Origin: Eledone cirrhosa
Taxonomy: Eukaryota
Length of the DNA: 64,000 nucleotides
NCBI GenBank assembly: GCA_964016885.1
Contig: OZ024752.1
Span: forward strand, 13,826,001 to 13,890,000
Reading direction: 5' to 3'
The position numbers and the translations under genes were made by a program. Below, one piece after another: positions 1 to 11,561 of the stretch. Position 1 is the first letter of the stretch. Every line of letters starts with the position of its first letter. The notes below the pieces were generated by a model. The model had not been told where the DNA came from, made no database searches, and saw only the letters and a program-made list of their open reading frames with translations.

Positions 1-1150
1 TTGCTTAACATTACCGCCCAATAGCCTGCCAGAACATCATGTATAAAGTATACACTGGGTGCCTTAATCTGTTCTTACAGGATCACTCTGCTACCAACAA
101 CATTATAACACCTGAGCAAGCTGGTGGTAAGAAGGTGTGGGACTGCATAGATTACCTACTAACAAATAAAATGATACAGGAAAAAACAGCAAAGAATCGC
201 AGGAACATGACTGGTATGGCAGGACTATCAGAAGGCTTTTGATAGTGTACCTCATGGGTGAATTATTAAGGCTTTACAGTTAGCCAAAGTCCCACAACCA
301 CTAGTAGCTGCTGTTGAACGCCTGGCCAAGAACTGGTACACCAATTTGATCCTTAGGGGTGAGAAGGAGCAAATTAAGACTAATCCAATACACTATCAGA
401 AAGGTATCTTTCAGGGTGATAGCTTATCAGTGCTGCTCTTCGTCCTCTCACTAAACCCACTGTCATACCTGCTCACAAAACAAAGTGGTCATGGAAGTGC
501 GTCCAGAAGTAGCTCCCATCTTTTCTTTTCTGAAGTTGTATGGGCCAAATATCAACTATATTAAAAAGCATTTGGACCTCATTACACAATTTCTGCAGAC
601 ATCCGAATGAAATTTGGAGAGTCCAAATGTGCATATTTGACAGTCAAACGTGGAAAGGTTGTGCCCTCCTCTGGAAATCTAGAGATTAACGGCTTGACAA
701 TACAACCTCTACAGTCAGGTGACAACTACAGATATCTTTGACAGGATGAGAATGTCAGATATGAGCCCATACATAAGGAGATAATCAGAAATGAATACCT
801 CAGGAGAGTAAAGAAAATATGGTCATCAGAACTATCAGCATACAACAAGTACATTGCCCACAATACTTATGCTGTGCCAATCCTAACACCAACATTTCGC
901 CTGCTGAACTGGTCATTGTAAGAACTAAGTGAGATGGATGTAACAATTCGCAAGCTGCTCAGTGTAACTGAAACTTTAACATCAATGGTGATGTGTTTAG
1001 GTTATACTTCTCACGCAAGGAAGTTGGACGGGGTCTAAAATCCATATTAACATCATACAAGATCCGGATAGTAACACTGAAGCAACACTTTCAGCAGAAG
1101 AAAAAGGTCAGCAACCATCTTACCCAGGTCTATGAACATGAATGAAATAA

Positions 1151-1330
1151 TTGTTTCTATTATTGGCACAAGGCCAGAAATTACCCAGTGCATTACTGGT
1201 ACTTTATTTTATCGATCCTATAAGGATGAAAGGCAAAGTTAACCTCGGCGGGATTTGAACTCAGATCATAAAGGGCCGTAACTATCCTGAAAAGCATGGT
1301 GTGCAACTCTCTACCGATACAGCCAATCCA
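1151..1330 (-). mobile_element. tRNA-derived SINE (family A)
   Basis: Reverse strand has A-box-like TGGCTGTATCGG, B-box GAGTTCAAATCC and body GCCTTTCATCCTTA..GATCGATAAAATAAAGTACCAG; matches other copies in the window. Confidence 0.85.
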
Positions 1331-1338
1331 AGGAAATA

Positions 1339-1528
1339 ATTGTATCTGCTTTTGGCTCAAGGCCAGCAATCACCCAGTGAATTACTGGTACTTTATATTA
1401 TCGACCCCGTAAGGATGAAAGGCATAGTTAACCTCGGCGGGATTTGAACTCAGACTGCAAAGGGCCGTAACTCTATGCTGCAAAGCATGGCGTCCGATCC
1501 TCTACCGATACTGCCACTCCCAATCCAA
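1339..1528 (-). mobile_element. tRNA-derived SINE (family A), tandem second copy
   Basis: Same sequence as 1151-1330; GAAATAAT occurs before, between and after the two copies. Confidence 0.85.
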
Positions 1529-2384
1529 GGAAATAATATCATTAGAATAGCCACTGATCTGGAGGAGAGATATGGAATAAGGCCTGATATAAATCTCTCT
1601 CCCAGGGAAATTGGAAGATCGTATTCTATGTTCGAACAAGATAAAAAAATGGACCAATTTACTGAGAAAGTTGTGCCTCGGTACCCGAGACGTAAACCAC
1701 AGACCGTAGAGGGATACATCATTCTAAAAGCCTGGCATTCTAAAAGCCTGGCTACATAATGTCGTCTTGCTACTACCTCCCTATGAGACACGATGTGATA
1801 GCTAGAACCATCTGCAGTGCACTTAGGAAAACAAAATTAAAAGCAAATGAGGAGGATATGTTGAGAAAGATGGCACTAAAGAATACAGGTGGGACCTGAA
1901 AATAAAAACTGCCACCAAATTAAAGCACAACCGGCCTGATATTGTTGTTTGGGATCACACATTGAAAACGTGCTCTGTTGTAGAGATCAGCTTCCCCCTA
2001 GATGTCAACGTTGTAAGAAAAGTACAAGAGCAGGAGGACATCTACTGACCATTCATGAGGGGCTTGCAGATCCAGTATCCAAAATACACCTTTAGCTTCA
2101 TACCCATCATTATTGGAGCTACAGGTTATATACCAACCCGCTTGGACCAAAGTATAACTGAACTTGGATTTGTGGACAAAGTGTGCAGCTCCCTAATTCA
2201 TAGACTACAAATGGCTGCGATAGCTGGCACCTTCAAAATTTGGAAAACATTCTTGCGATTCAAGGGATGACAATTTCTTCTTTTACAACCTTTCCACCAG
2301 GAAGGTGGCTGGCCAAAAATGTACTCAAAATTAAGAGAAACTTACACACGTACGTATGTATGTATGCGCACGCATGCATGCACA

Positions 2385-2605
2385 TTCTTCTGGTTTTATA
2401 ATTTTATAAATGTTTACCAATAGAGAGAGAGTCGGTTTCTAACCTAGACACAAGACTCATTGGAATTTAGACAACAACTAGGTAGATATATATGCAGGTG
2501 TGTGTGCGCAGGTATGGCTGTTAATGTATGTGTGGATGTGCATGTTTTGAGTTATGTGTGCATTTTCATATGTGTTGTATCTGTACATGTGTCTATGCAG
2601 TTATA
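2385..2605 (-). mobile_element. 3' UTR fragment of an R4/Dong-like LINE
   Basis: Closely matches 59995-60170 (ttcttctggttttataattt...gagagagagtcggtttctaac.tagacacaagactc), the 3' UTR of the minus-strand R4-like element. Confidence 0.7.
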
Positions 2606-2769
2606 TGTGTATAGGTAGGTCGGTAGGTAGGTATAAATGTGTATTATGGTTACGATTAATCATAAGATTTATGATTAAGCCGAATACGATCGCATATACA
2701 AGCTTAGAAAATGGGGTTCCTCAAAGGATCTTTGGTAATGTTATTCGATAAAGTACGTAGCTCTCCTTG

Positions 2770-3050
2770 TAGAGCCGCTACTTCTCCGACTTGAGGGATC
2801 ACAGCTCCGATACTATATCTCAGGAAATAATCACAGGACAGATTTTACCGGTAAAACCAACCAATAGGAGACCCAGGGGTATGGCCCGAGCAAGATAGTT
2901 GGATAACATCCATGAGTTTGTCTGGTCTCACTTGGGGACCCAACCGGATCAGTTGGAGATAGTTGTTTCTGACAGAACCCGCAGGAGGGAGTGTTTGAGG
3001 AATCCGCCCACTTATTCTCGAGAGGTTCGTGGGGGCAAAGAAGATATTTA
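2770..3050 (+). mobile_element. Degenerate RTE-clade LINE 3' fragment
   Basis: Translates to KPTNRRPRGMARAR*LDNIHEFVWSHLG...VVSDRTRRRECL, similar to the RTE C-terminal RPRGRPRxRWxDxI motif. Confidence 0.6.
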
Positions 3051-3696
3051 AACCGCTTTATTGAATTTTACCAGTGTGAAATCCCCCCTCCCCTGCGAGG
3101 AAACATTTCAACTCTTAGTGTAAAACATGAAAGAAATTATTTATTATATAGTTGTAACGCTATATTTTATTCCATGTAGCCGCCGTAACGAAATATATCC
3201 ATTTTCTATGAATTCATATCACAAATAATAACCAATTTCTGTTCTTCTTATGCCAACCATATATGTTCAATAGTTGATATGTCATGTTCATTTCCTTGTT
3301 TTAGCTTTATATTTCAATGTATTTCAGGCACTTTTCTTTAAACATATACTCATTAAATCTCAGATATTTGACTGTCTCAACACAATTGTTCTCAACAGGT
3401 ATTTTTACCTTACATATATACTCATTATTTATATGATGTTTTATAATATAAAAACAATAAAACAACCTTTACTTTATTACTACGTAATTTCCCACATCAT
3501 TTAAAGTATTAAGATTTCCTTCTATTTTCTATGATACGAAATATTTGGAAGTTGATGTATTTATTTTCGCCTGATTAATTAGGCATTTGACAATTATCGT
3601 GAAGTAACATGTTAGCGTAAGATATCTTTTAATAGGAAATCCAAAGTATTGTTCAGTTGATATCATGCTGGTTCATTATCTACAATTCTCCATAAA

Positions 3697-4130
3697 GTAC
3701 ATACACACACATACATACATATACATACACACGCATACATACGCATACACATACAAGCACATACATACATACATGCATACACATACATACACATACATAC
3801 ACATACATACACATACATACATACACATACATACACATACATATACATACACATACATACACATACATATATACATACACATACGCACATACATACATAC
3901 ATACACACATACTCGCACACATACTCACGCGTACACATAGTCACACTTACACACACTCACACGTACATGTACACGCACTCACACGTAGACGCACACACAC
4001 ACACACACACACGCATACATACACGCACACATCCATACACACACATAGACATACACACACATCCATACACACACATAGACATACACACACCCACACATAT
4101 ACATACACACATGCATATACACGTATATAT
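3697..4130. repeat. (TACA)n/(CA)n compound microsatellite
   Basis: Direct inspection. Confidence 0.95.
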
Positions 4131-4549
4131 TTGGTATTTGGTATTTGTTGGCTCTCCGTTGTTTTCTCCTCGCAGTGCTCTAGACGATTTAATCAACGGA
4201 TCAGACTGCTTATGAAACCAACGAGCAAATGTCCTTAACTCAGTTAGATCCAGCGTCATAGAAGGTGGAATAAGGCTGTCTTTATGAATTACACACACGG
4301 AGACCCCCAAATGTAGCCATGCTGGCAACCGTCTTAGTTTAGTCGATCATATTGACCCCAGGTTTTAGTTCTTCAAATCTGGTGATAATTTATCAAACAC
4401 TGTTTTTCAAACCACTAGGTTATGGGACATAGAAAGACACATAAGTAAACAGACGTTCGCCACCAACCTGTAATACATAATGTTTTTGCCACCAAATCCT
4501 TCCCTGACAACGTAGAAAAGGTGATAACAGTTTAAATTATGTATTCCTG

Positions 4550-4700
4550 TCTGGAATGGACTTTCTTTGGTTTCGACGATGAGTGTTCTAGTTGTTTTAT
4601 TAATGGAACACTCTACTCATGAAATTAGAATACAAGTGGCTAAGCATTTCACAAACACCTCTACACATAATGTAATTCTCAGGAAGATTCAGTGTGATTA
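4550..4700 (+). mobile_element. Degenerate interspersed repeat (SINE-like family B); related copies at ~10275-10410 and ~41470-41640
   Basis: Shared ggtttcgacgatg...gaaatta..gtg.aagtggct.agcattccacagacac...aacgtaattctc motif in three copies. Confidence 0.6.
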
Positions 4701-4718
4701 GACGTATGTACAATACCT

Positions 4719-5008
4719 ATGGTGGCTGCCAATTCGTTTTCGAGTACGGCCACTACTTTATATCCATGTAGGAAGGAGAACCCCTACCGATGCGCTGAAC
4801 GAGTGTGACTTTTTAGTCCAGCCAGCAACTTGATAACTCTGGTACAAACACTACACTTGTGACAATTATTGACACATAGTGCTTGGCCCATGGTACCATG
4901 TGACGACAAGTGCAGAGAGATCTCCAGATATAAAGCAATGCCTGTGCTGTGAAGCTTTTATAGTGAACAAAGGCACTGCACAGATGATATTTACCAAAAA
5001 GAAGAACA
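4719..5008 (-). mobile_element. RTE-LINE 3'-end fragment, inverted partner of 5291-5600
   Basis: Reverse complement of 5291-5600 apart from a ~24-bp indel and some substitutions. Confidence 0.75.
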
Positions 5009-5009
5009 A

Positions 5010-5258
5010 GTCAACATCATTGGATAGCATCAGGGTTGCAGGTGTTATATCAGAGTTTTCCTTCTCCTAGAATTCTGCCTTGACAAAGGCTAAGGGGTCA
5101 TCTCTCCCGGTGATTTTGGATGGCCATTGACTCTTAGGAGCTCCTTTGCCCTTTGACAGGTTTTGTTTTTAGTCCTGCAGGATGTCCAAAGTCACCCTCC
5201 TCACCAAGAAACCTTGGTGGGGTTGCCAGTTTAGACGCCAACGACACGACCATGAGAC
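5010..5258 (-). mobile_element. Probable RTE-LINE 5' UTR-like segment
   Basis: Reverse strand contains TTAGCCTTTGTCAAGGCAGAATTCTAGGAGAAGGAAAACTCTGA, similar to a motif I recall from RTE 5' UTRs (not verified by search). Confidence 0.45.
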
Positions 5259-5289
<31 letters not shown>

Positions 5290-5290
5290 T

Positions 5291-5620
5291 GTTCTTCTTT
5301 TTGGTAAATATCATCTTGGTTAAGAGAGTGGGACTGGCTTTGTGCAGTGCCTTTGCTCACTATAAAAGCTTCACGGCACAGGCATTGCTTTATATCTGGA
5401 GATCTCTCTGCACTTGTCGTCACCGGGTACCATGGGCCCAGCACTATGTGTCAATATTTGTCACAAGTGTAGTGTTTGTACCAGAGTTTTCAAGTCGCTG
5501 GCTGGACTAAAAAGTCACACTCGTTCAGCGCATCGGTAGGGGTTCTCCTATATGGATATAAAGTAGTGGCCGTACTCGAAAACGAGTTGGCAGCCACCAT
5601 GTATGTATGTATGTATATAT
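5291..5620 (+). mobile_element. RTE-LINE 3'-end fragment with C2H2 zinc finger and (TATG)n tail
   Basis: CSVCTRVFKSLAGLKSHTRSAHR* at ~5468-5539, then the hairpin-like gtggccgtactcgaaaacgagttggcagccac and (tatg)n. Confidence 0.75.
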
Positions 5621-5739
5621 ATGTATTCATGTGTATGCATGTATGTATGTATATATATGTATTGGTACTACTGGTAATATGTATCCCAGTACAACAATAC
5701 CTATACATACATACAAACAATAATTACATAATATAATAA

Positions 5740-5777
<38 letters not shown>

Positions 5778-5915
5778 GAACAAAGAAGGTGTAAGATACC
5801 AGGTGGACCATATCGGACCAGAGTACTCAATACTTAGGGAAAAGGATCAGCACCCTGCGTTCGGATCTAGCTGTCGAAACGGCCGGATCTCAGCCGTCGG
5901 GGTCCTGACTCATTT

Positions 5916-5952
<37 letters not shown>

Positions 5953-6955
5953 GGATTAACAAATAATAGTTAAATGCAGTCCACTTAGGTGAAGTCCAGT
6001 TATGGTATTCCAGGTAGTGGATGATATTAACGCTTGGCTTGGTTTGACTCAACAAGGCGTTTTCATAGTGATGCTGCGGGTATGCTGTAATTCCTATGTT
6101 GTAAACACTTGGAGTAATAATAAATCAGGAAAGAAGGTTTACATGGTTTGCTATACAAAAAATTTTTAATCACATAGCTTACATTTGTTTCCCTGAGCTG
6201 GTATGTCTAGAGATCGCTATCCGCCTAATTTTGTGTCACTCGATCGCCAATACAGAATTATAACCAGTCAGATCTTCGGAGCATGCGAGAATGAAGAAAA
6301 TACACAGGCAAGAAAATAAAAGAAAATATGGAGTAGTTATGGCATTCAATTAGAACAATAACAACAACAATTATTACAACAATGCTATCAATAAACTATT
6401 TAAGGAGACCCTGACATTACTTAGGTGGGGGGTATATAATGTATCTAATGTTACGGCGTGAAAACCAGCTGTCATAAGGCAAAAAGTATAGTAGTGTGTA
6501 TCAATTTTAAATTATAAAGATAAGCTAGTTTTTACAGTCTTTCTCTTCATCTTCAACAGTATACACGAGTGGGACCACTGTCAAAGCTCAATAGTTGTAG
6601 AGTTAATACAGAGGTTAACGAATTAATATACGCATATATCTACGCGCACACACACACATACACACACACACACACATATATATAAATATAAATACACATA
6701 TATGTGTACATAGACACATACATACACATTAATATACACTCGTACAAAAATATACATACATGCAAAGAGAAAAGCGTGCTAATTGTAATATGGCAAAAAG
6801 AAGGTAAAGTAACATTGTAGTAGTGAAATGAGAAAAACTAGGATCTAGGATCAAATGATTGCAGCAGCTGAGAAGGAGTAAGATTGTTGGTAGATGAGGT
6901 ATTGACAGACTATTGTGTGGTATCGACTTGTGAAGGAAATAGTATACTTAATGAA

Positions 6956-6999
<44 letters not shown>

Positions 7000-7317
7000 G
7001 TGGGTAGTAGGTATCCTAATTTAAAGCTATGTTATGTTGGTTCGATTCACGGAGGTTTGAATCTTATGAATTTAGTGGCTATTCTATGTCTGCAGAAGAT
7101 AGGTCTTTCTAACTTATTATTAAGTAGCCTTTTAACATTTCTAAGGATATACAATAGCTCAAGATCACACAGCCCGCAATAGGACATCCATGTACTATAG
7201 GTTTTAGCAGCCGACAACTTCGACCAGTTGATAGTGTAGCTAGCGTTGCTGTCCTTCAATTCCCATATTTTTCTGGCGAGGGTAGTGGAACCCATAAGAG
7301 CTCGGTTTTTCATCGAT

Positions 7318-7722
7318 ATGTGCCCATTGGCGAACAGATGTCTCAATTCGAGCCTGGTGTACATGTGCACTGGCATCTCGGGTAACTCCACTTGGAATTA
7401 CATAGGATCCACCGCGGGTTCTTTTAAGAAAAGATGGTATGTGCACAGACACTCAATGAAAAACCGTGCACTTATGGGTTCCACCACCCTCGCCAGAAAA
7501 ATATGGGAATTGAAGGACAGCAACGCTAGCTACACTATCAACTGGTCGAAGTTGTCGGCTGCTAAAACCTATAGTACAGGTATGTCCTATTGCGGGCTGT
7601 GTGATCTTGAGGTATTGTATATCCTTAGAAATGTTAAAAAGCTACTTAATAATAAGTTAGAAAGACCTATCTTCTGCAGACACAGAATAGCCACTAAATT
7701 CATAAGATTCAAACCTCCGTGA
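7318..7722 (+). pseudogene. PLE GIY-YIG endonuclease domain (truncated ORF)
   Basis: CPLANRCLNSSLVYMC...YIGSTAGSFKKRWYVHRHS...CGLCDLE...LLNNKLE...CRHR: VY..YIG motif, KxRxxxH, CxxC and terminal CRH. Confidence 0.85.
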
Positions 7723-7774
7723 ATCGAACCAACATAACATAGCTTTAAATTAGGATACCTACTACCCACAAAAA

Positions 7775-7808
<34 letters not shown>

Positions 7809-8079
7809 TTCATTAAGTATACTATTTCCTTCACAAGTCGATACCACACAATAGTCTGTCAATACCTCATCTACCAACAATCTTACTCCTTCTCAGCTGC
7901 TGCAATCATTTGATCCTAGATCCTAGTTTTTCTCATTTCACTACTACAATGTTACTTTACCTTCTTTTTGCCATATTACAATTAGCACGCTTTTCTCTTT
8001 GCATGTATGTATATTTTTGTACGAGTGTATATTAATGTGTATGTATGTGTCTATGTACACATATATGTGTATTTATATT

Positions 8080-8119
<40 letters not shown>

Positions 8120-8476
8120 TAGATATATGCGTATATTAATTCGTTAACCTCTGTATTAACTCTACAACTATTGAGCTTTGACAGTGGTCCCACTCGTGTA
8201 TACTGTTGAAGATGTAGAGAAAGACTGTAAAAACTAGCTTATCTTTATAATTTAAAATTGATACACACTACGATACTTTTTGCCTTATGACAGCTGGTTT
8301 TCACGCCGTAACATTAGATACATTATATACCCCCCCACCTAAGTAATGTCAGGGTCTCCTTAAATAGTTTATTGATAGCATTGTTGTAATAATTGTTGTT
8401 GTTATTGTTCTAATTGAATGCCATAACTACTCCATATTTTCTTTTATTTTCTTGCCTGTGTATTTTCTTCATTCTC

Positions 8477-8590
8477 GCATGCTCCGAAGATCTGACTGGT
8501 TATAATTCTGTATTGGCGATCGAGTGACGCAAAATTAGGCGGATAGCGATCTCTAGACATACCAGCTCAGTGAAACAAATGTAAGCTATG
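8477..8590 (+). ncRNA. Hammerhead ribozyme-like motif (variant core CCGAAGA) in PLE 3' UTR; mirror copy at ~6172-6286 (-)
   Basis: catgct-CCGAAGA-tctgactggt...accagctcag-t-GAAA-caaatg-TA-agctatg. Confidence 0.6.
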
Positions 8591-8637
8591 TGATTAAACA
8601 TTTTTTGTATAGCAAACCATGTAAACCTTCTTTCCTG

Positions 8638-8673
<36 letters not shown>

Positions 8674-8674
<1 letters not shown>

Positions 8675-8805
8675 TCATTTCTGAAGACAGCATGTATATG
8701 TGAAGGTATCTATATTTCCTCTGATAGTTTGTAATATTTTTACATAGATTTATATGATATACATACCAACACACACATACATCCTAGAAACGATCGTAAA
8801 ATGAT
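8674..8805 (+). ncRNA. Type I hammerhead ribozyme with palindromic stem III
   Basis: ATCATTT-CTGAAGA-(cagcatgtatatgtg...cacacatacatccta)-GAAA-CGATCG-TA-AAATGAT; perfect 7-bp stem I. Confidence 0.75.
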
Positions 8806-8861
8806 GGAATCTTTTTAATATAAGGAACTTGTTCTTTTTTTTTATTTCATTGTGTTTATTA

Positions 8862-8864
<3 letters not shown>

Positions 8865-8926
<62 letters not shown>

Positions 8927-9092
8927 TACAGACACACATATATACAGACATACATATATATATATATATACAAACATATATACATACATACATATATACA
9001 GACATATATATATATATACATATATACAGACATATATATATATATACAGACATACATATATACAAACATACATATATAAATACATACATGCA
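8865..9092. repeat. (TA)n / TACAGACA-interrupted microsatellite
   Basis: Direct inspection. Confidence 0.9.
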
Positions 9093-9121
9093 CATCATTA
9101 ATATCTTTTGTGAAAGAAATA

Positions 9122-9203
9122 ACCTGAATAATAGAAGACAATCATTCATATAGTCTGGCACCTGAATAATAGAAGACAATCATTCATATAGTCTGGCACC
9201 TGA
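9122..9203. repeat. 38-bp tandem duplication
   Basis: acctgaataatagaagacaatcattcatatagtctggc present twice. Confidence 0.9.
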
Positions 9204-9329
9204 TGCAGCATGGTATCAAGATAATTTCTGTAAAGAGTTACATTAATGGTACACGTGCCTGTGGACAGCTCAGCCATTTACACGTTAATTTGATAAGCAG
9301 GATGTTCCGAACAACTGGAATATTCATGA

Positions 9330-9460
9330 AGGCGGATGGCTTATTGGTTAGAGCATTGGGCTTGAAATCGAAATGTTGTGAGTTCAATTCTCGGACCGGG
9401 TGAAGTTTTCTTGTTGAAGACACTTTATTTCACGTTGCTCCAGTTTACTCAGCTGTAGAA
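9330..9460 (+). mobile_element. tRNA-derived SINE (family C), degenerate
   Basis: A-box TGGCTTATTGG, B-box GAGTTCAATTC, body acactttatttcacgttgctccagtttactcagctg; related pieces at ~10880-11110 and ~42000-42040 (-). Confidence 0.65.
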
Positions 9461-10879
9461 AAAAGATGATAGGACTGGAGTCCCTATCATTAAATTACCC
9501 AAGACACCAGCTAAACCTGCATAGGTTACACAATATTCATCGTCGAGACCGGCGAAGGCTCATCACCTTACATATGTAGATTCATTCATATATGCTTGTC
9601 TGGTGTTTAAATTTAATTATTGTCGTATGGGTTCTTTACCCAATGTCACACTTACGTGTAGAAACGAAATACGTGATGATTTAAGCCATATATATTAATT
9701 ACTCTTTAATTTATTTAGTAGAAACAAGGTGAATAATTTTTGTTTTACAAACTGAAGTTTTCGCTACACGATTTTTCTCTGTAACCTATGCAGCGTGAAC
9801 ATTTATAATTTATTTCATAACGATTTCCATTGAGTTTTTTTACATTCTTATATCATAGACTTCCCAATAATAATATTTCATTTAAGAATAGTGTATTGTC
9901 GCATCGCTGATAAAATGTTTTACAAACACCATACAAAGTTGATTAGTTACAAAAATCAATTATTTAAATGTTTTGTTTTTTTTCTATTTTATGAGAAAGG
10001 AGTTTATATAAATCGAGAATTTCATTAAAATAAAGTCATACACTTCTTTACTAAACTAATTATTTATTTGATTTGTTAGGCTTTCATTTGATTTAAGTTC
10101 TATAGGGAATTCTATTTAATTGAGAAGTTGCACACAATTAAAACTAGTTTACTTAGCGGTTTGAGTCGTTGTAAATACCATTTACCTTATCAATAATTTA
10201 AAATATTCATTAAGCTACATTAACTGATTGAAAGTGTTTACCAAATTATTATTCTGTTTATTCTTTAGACTGATTAGGCGTATCAATGGATCTCCATCAG
10301 TATCGACGTTAAGTGTTCCAGCGGTTCGATCAAAGAACAGCCCTCACATGAAATTAATGTGAAAACGACTAAGCATTCCACAGACACGTGCACGGTGAAC
10401 GTATTTCCTGGTTCCCATTTGCCCAACTTGCCCACATCGTTATGCACTCGCTATGCTACCTTAGTTTTACCTCAGTCTTTAGAGCAACTCTCCCACCACC
10501 AGATGGTGTCCAGAAGACTTACCAATAATTTAAATCGGAGATTTACCTAGAATATTCATGTCTCCGGGCGCAGGAACGAACCGGTACTTCATTATAACTG
10601 GAAGCTCCGGATCCAAAGTAACAACGTTTCCAATATCAAATGGAGTATCCTGGACAGGGTGCTCCCTTAACGCCCGGGGTACCAGCATTGCTTCTGTGAG
10701 AGGGTGCATATATTGCAGCAAGCTGCGATATCCATCAAGAGGAAAACCGATAACTGTCACCGGATACGCCGCAAAATTCCGCTAAGCTCCACTTGGCTTT
10801 TGTATGGGCATATCGGACATTATTTTGTATTCGAAGCGTCGTGCGTAACAAAACGAGACATACATCAATTTTAAGTGTT

Positions 10880-11110
10880 AACGGTGGTGGACCTACGATC
10901 GTAATGTTGTGACTTCGATTCTGAGACTGGATTGTGTGTTGTGTTGTAGAGCAAAACACTTCATTTCAAGTTGGTCCAGTATACTCAGATGAAGATGAGT
11001 ACCATCAATAGCTGGGGGTTTAACCCTACGGTGGATTGACGTCTTGTCCAGTGGGTAGTCTTGTACTCTCAGTCGCTTTACGACACGGGAACTGAGAACT
11101 GGATGAGAGC
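10880..11110 (+). mobile_element. Degenerate tRNA-derived SINE (family C-like)
   Basis: gttgtgacttcgattc...gagcaaaacacttcatttcaagttggtccagtatactcag similar to 9330-9460. Confidence 0.5.
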
Positions 11111-11520
11111 TTCCGTGTTCAAGACAGATTTTAGACATATATAATGCACCAAGACATATCTAATACACCAAGAAAACATCTCCTTTAACCCCAGGCCGCC
11201 ACACACAATTAGCGGAGATATCATAATGGCGCACCTATTGAGCCTGCTGGTATCGCTGATCACTGATTGCTCTTTTACTGCAGACGTGACACCAACTGAT
11301 TGCTCAAATAACTCGACAGTGTAGTGTATATAACACCATATGTTCCCTCCCAATTAATAGAGACGGTTTATCACACCCCTACTTTACCTTCCCATCTATA
11401 TAATGGAATTGAATGCAAGACTATGAGACTGTTTGTAATGCAAAATACGTCAAACTGTAAATATAAATGCTTTCATTTTCGACATGGTGTTCATTGCTCT
11501 ATTTTTTCGTTTCTACCCAC

Positions 11521-11561
<41 letters not shown>

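Larger units (their letters stand above)
1..2340 (+). mobile_element. Decayed R4/Dong-like non-LTR retrotransposon (RT + C-terminal restriction-like endonuclease), frameshifted and interrupted by two SINEs
   Basis: Fragments ACQNIMYKVYTGCL, KGIFQGDSLS, KHNRPDIVVWDH (~1922-1957) and FSFIPIIIGATG...KIWKTFLRFKG* (ends 2270); many stops and frameshifts; homologous to the copy at 59990-62400. Confidence 0.85.
6121..8642 (+). mobile_element. 5'-truncated Penelope-like element (Naiad-like) with ~1.19-kb inverted arms (6121-7315 / 7454-8642)
   Basis: Arms are near-perfect reverse complements; the centre and right arm encode a GIY-YIG C-terminus; both arms carry a hammerhead-like motif. Confidence 0.9.

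Noticed and set aside
7318-7900. Selenocysteine recoding as reported for some Naiad PLEs
   Set aside because: Cys positions use TGC/TGT, no in-frame TGA before the end, and no SECIS identified by eye
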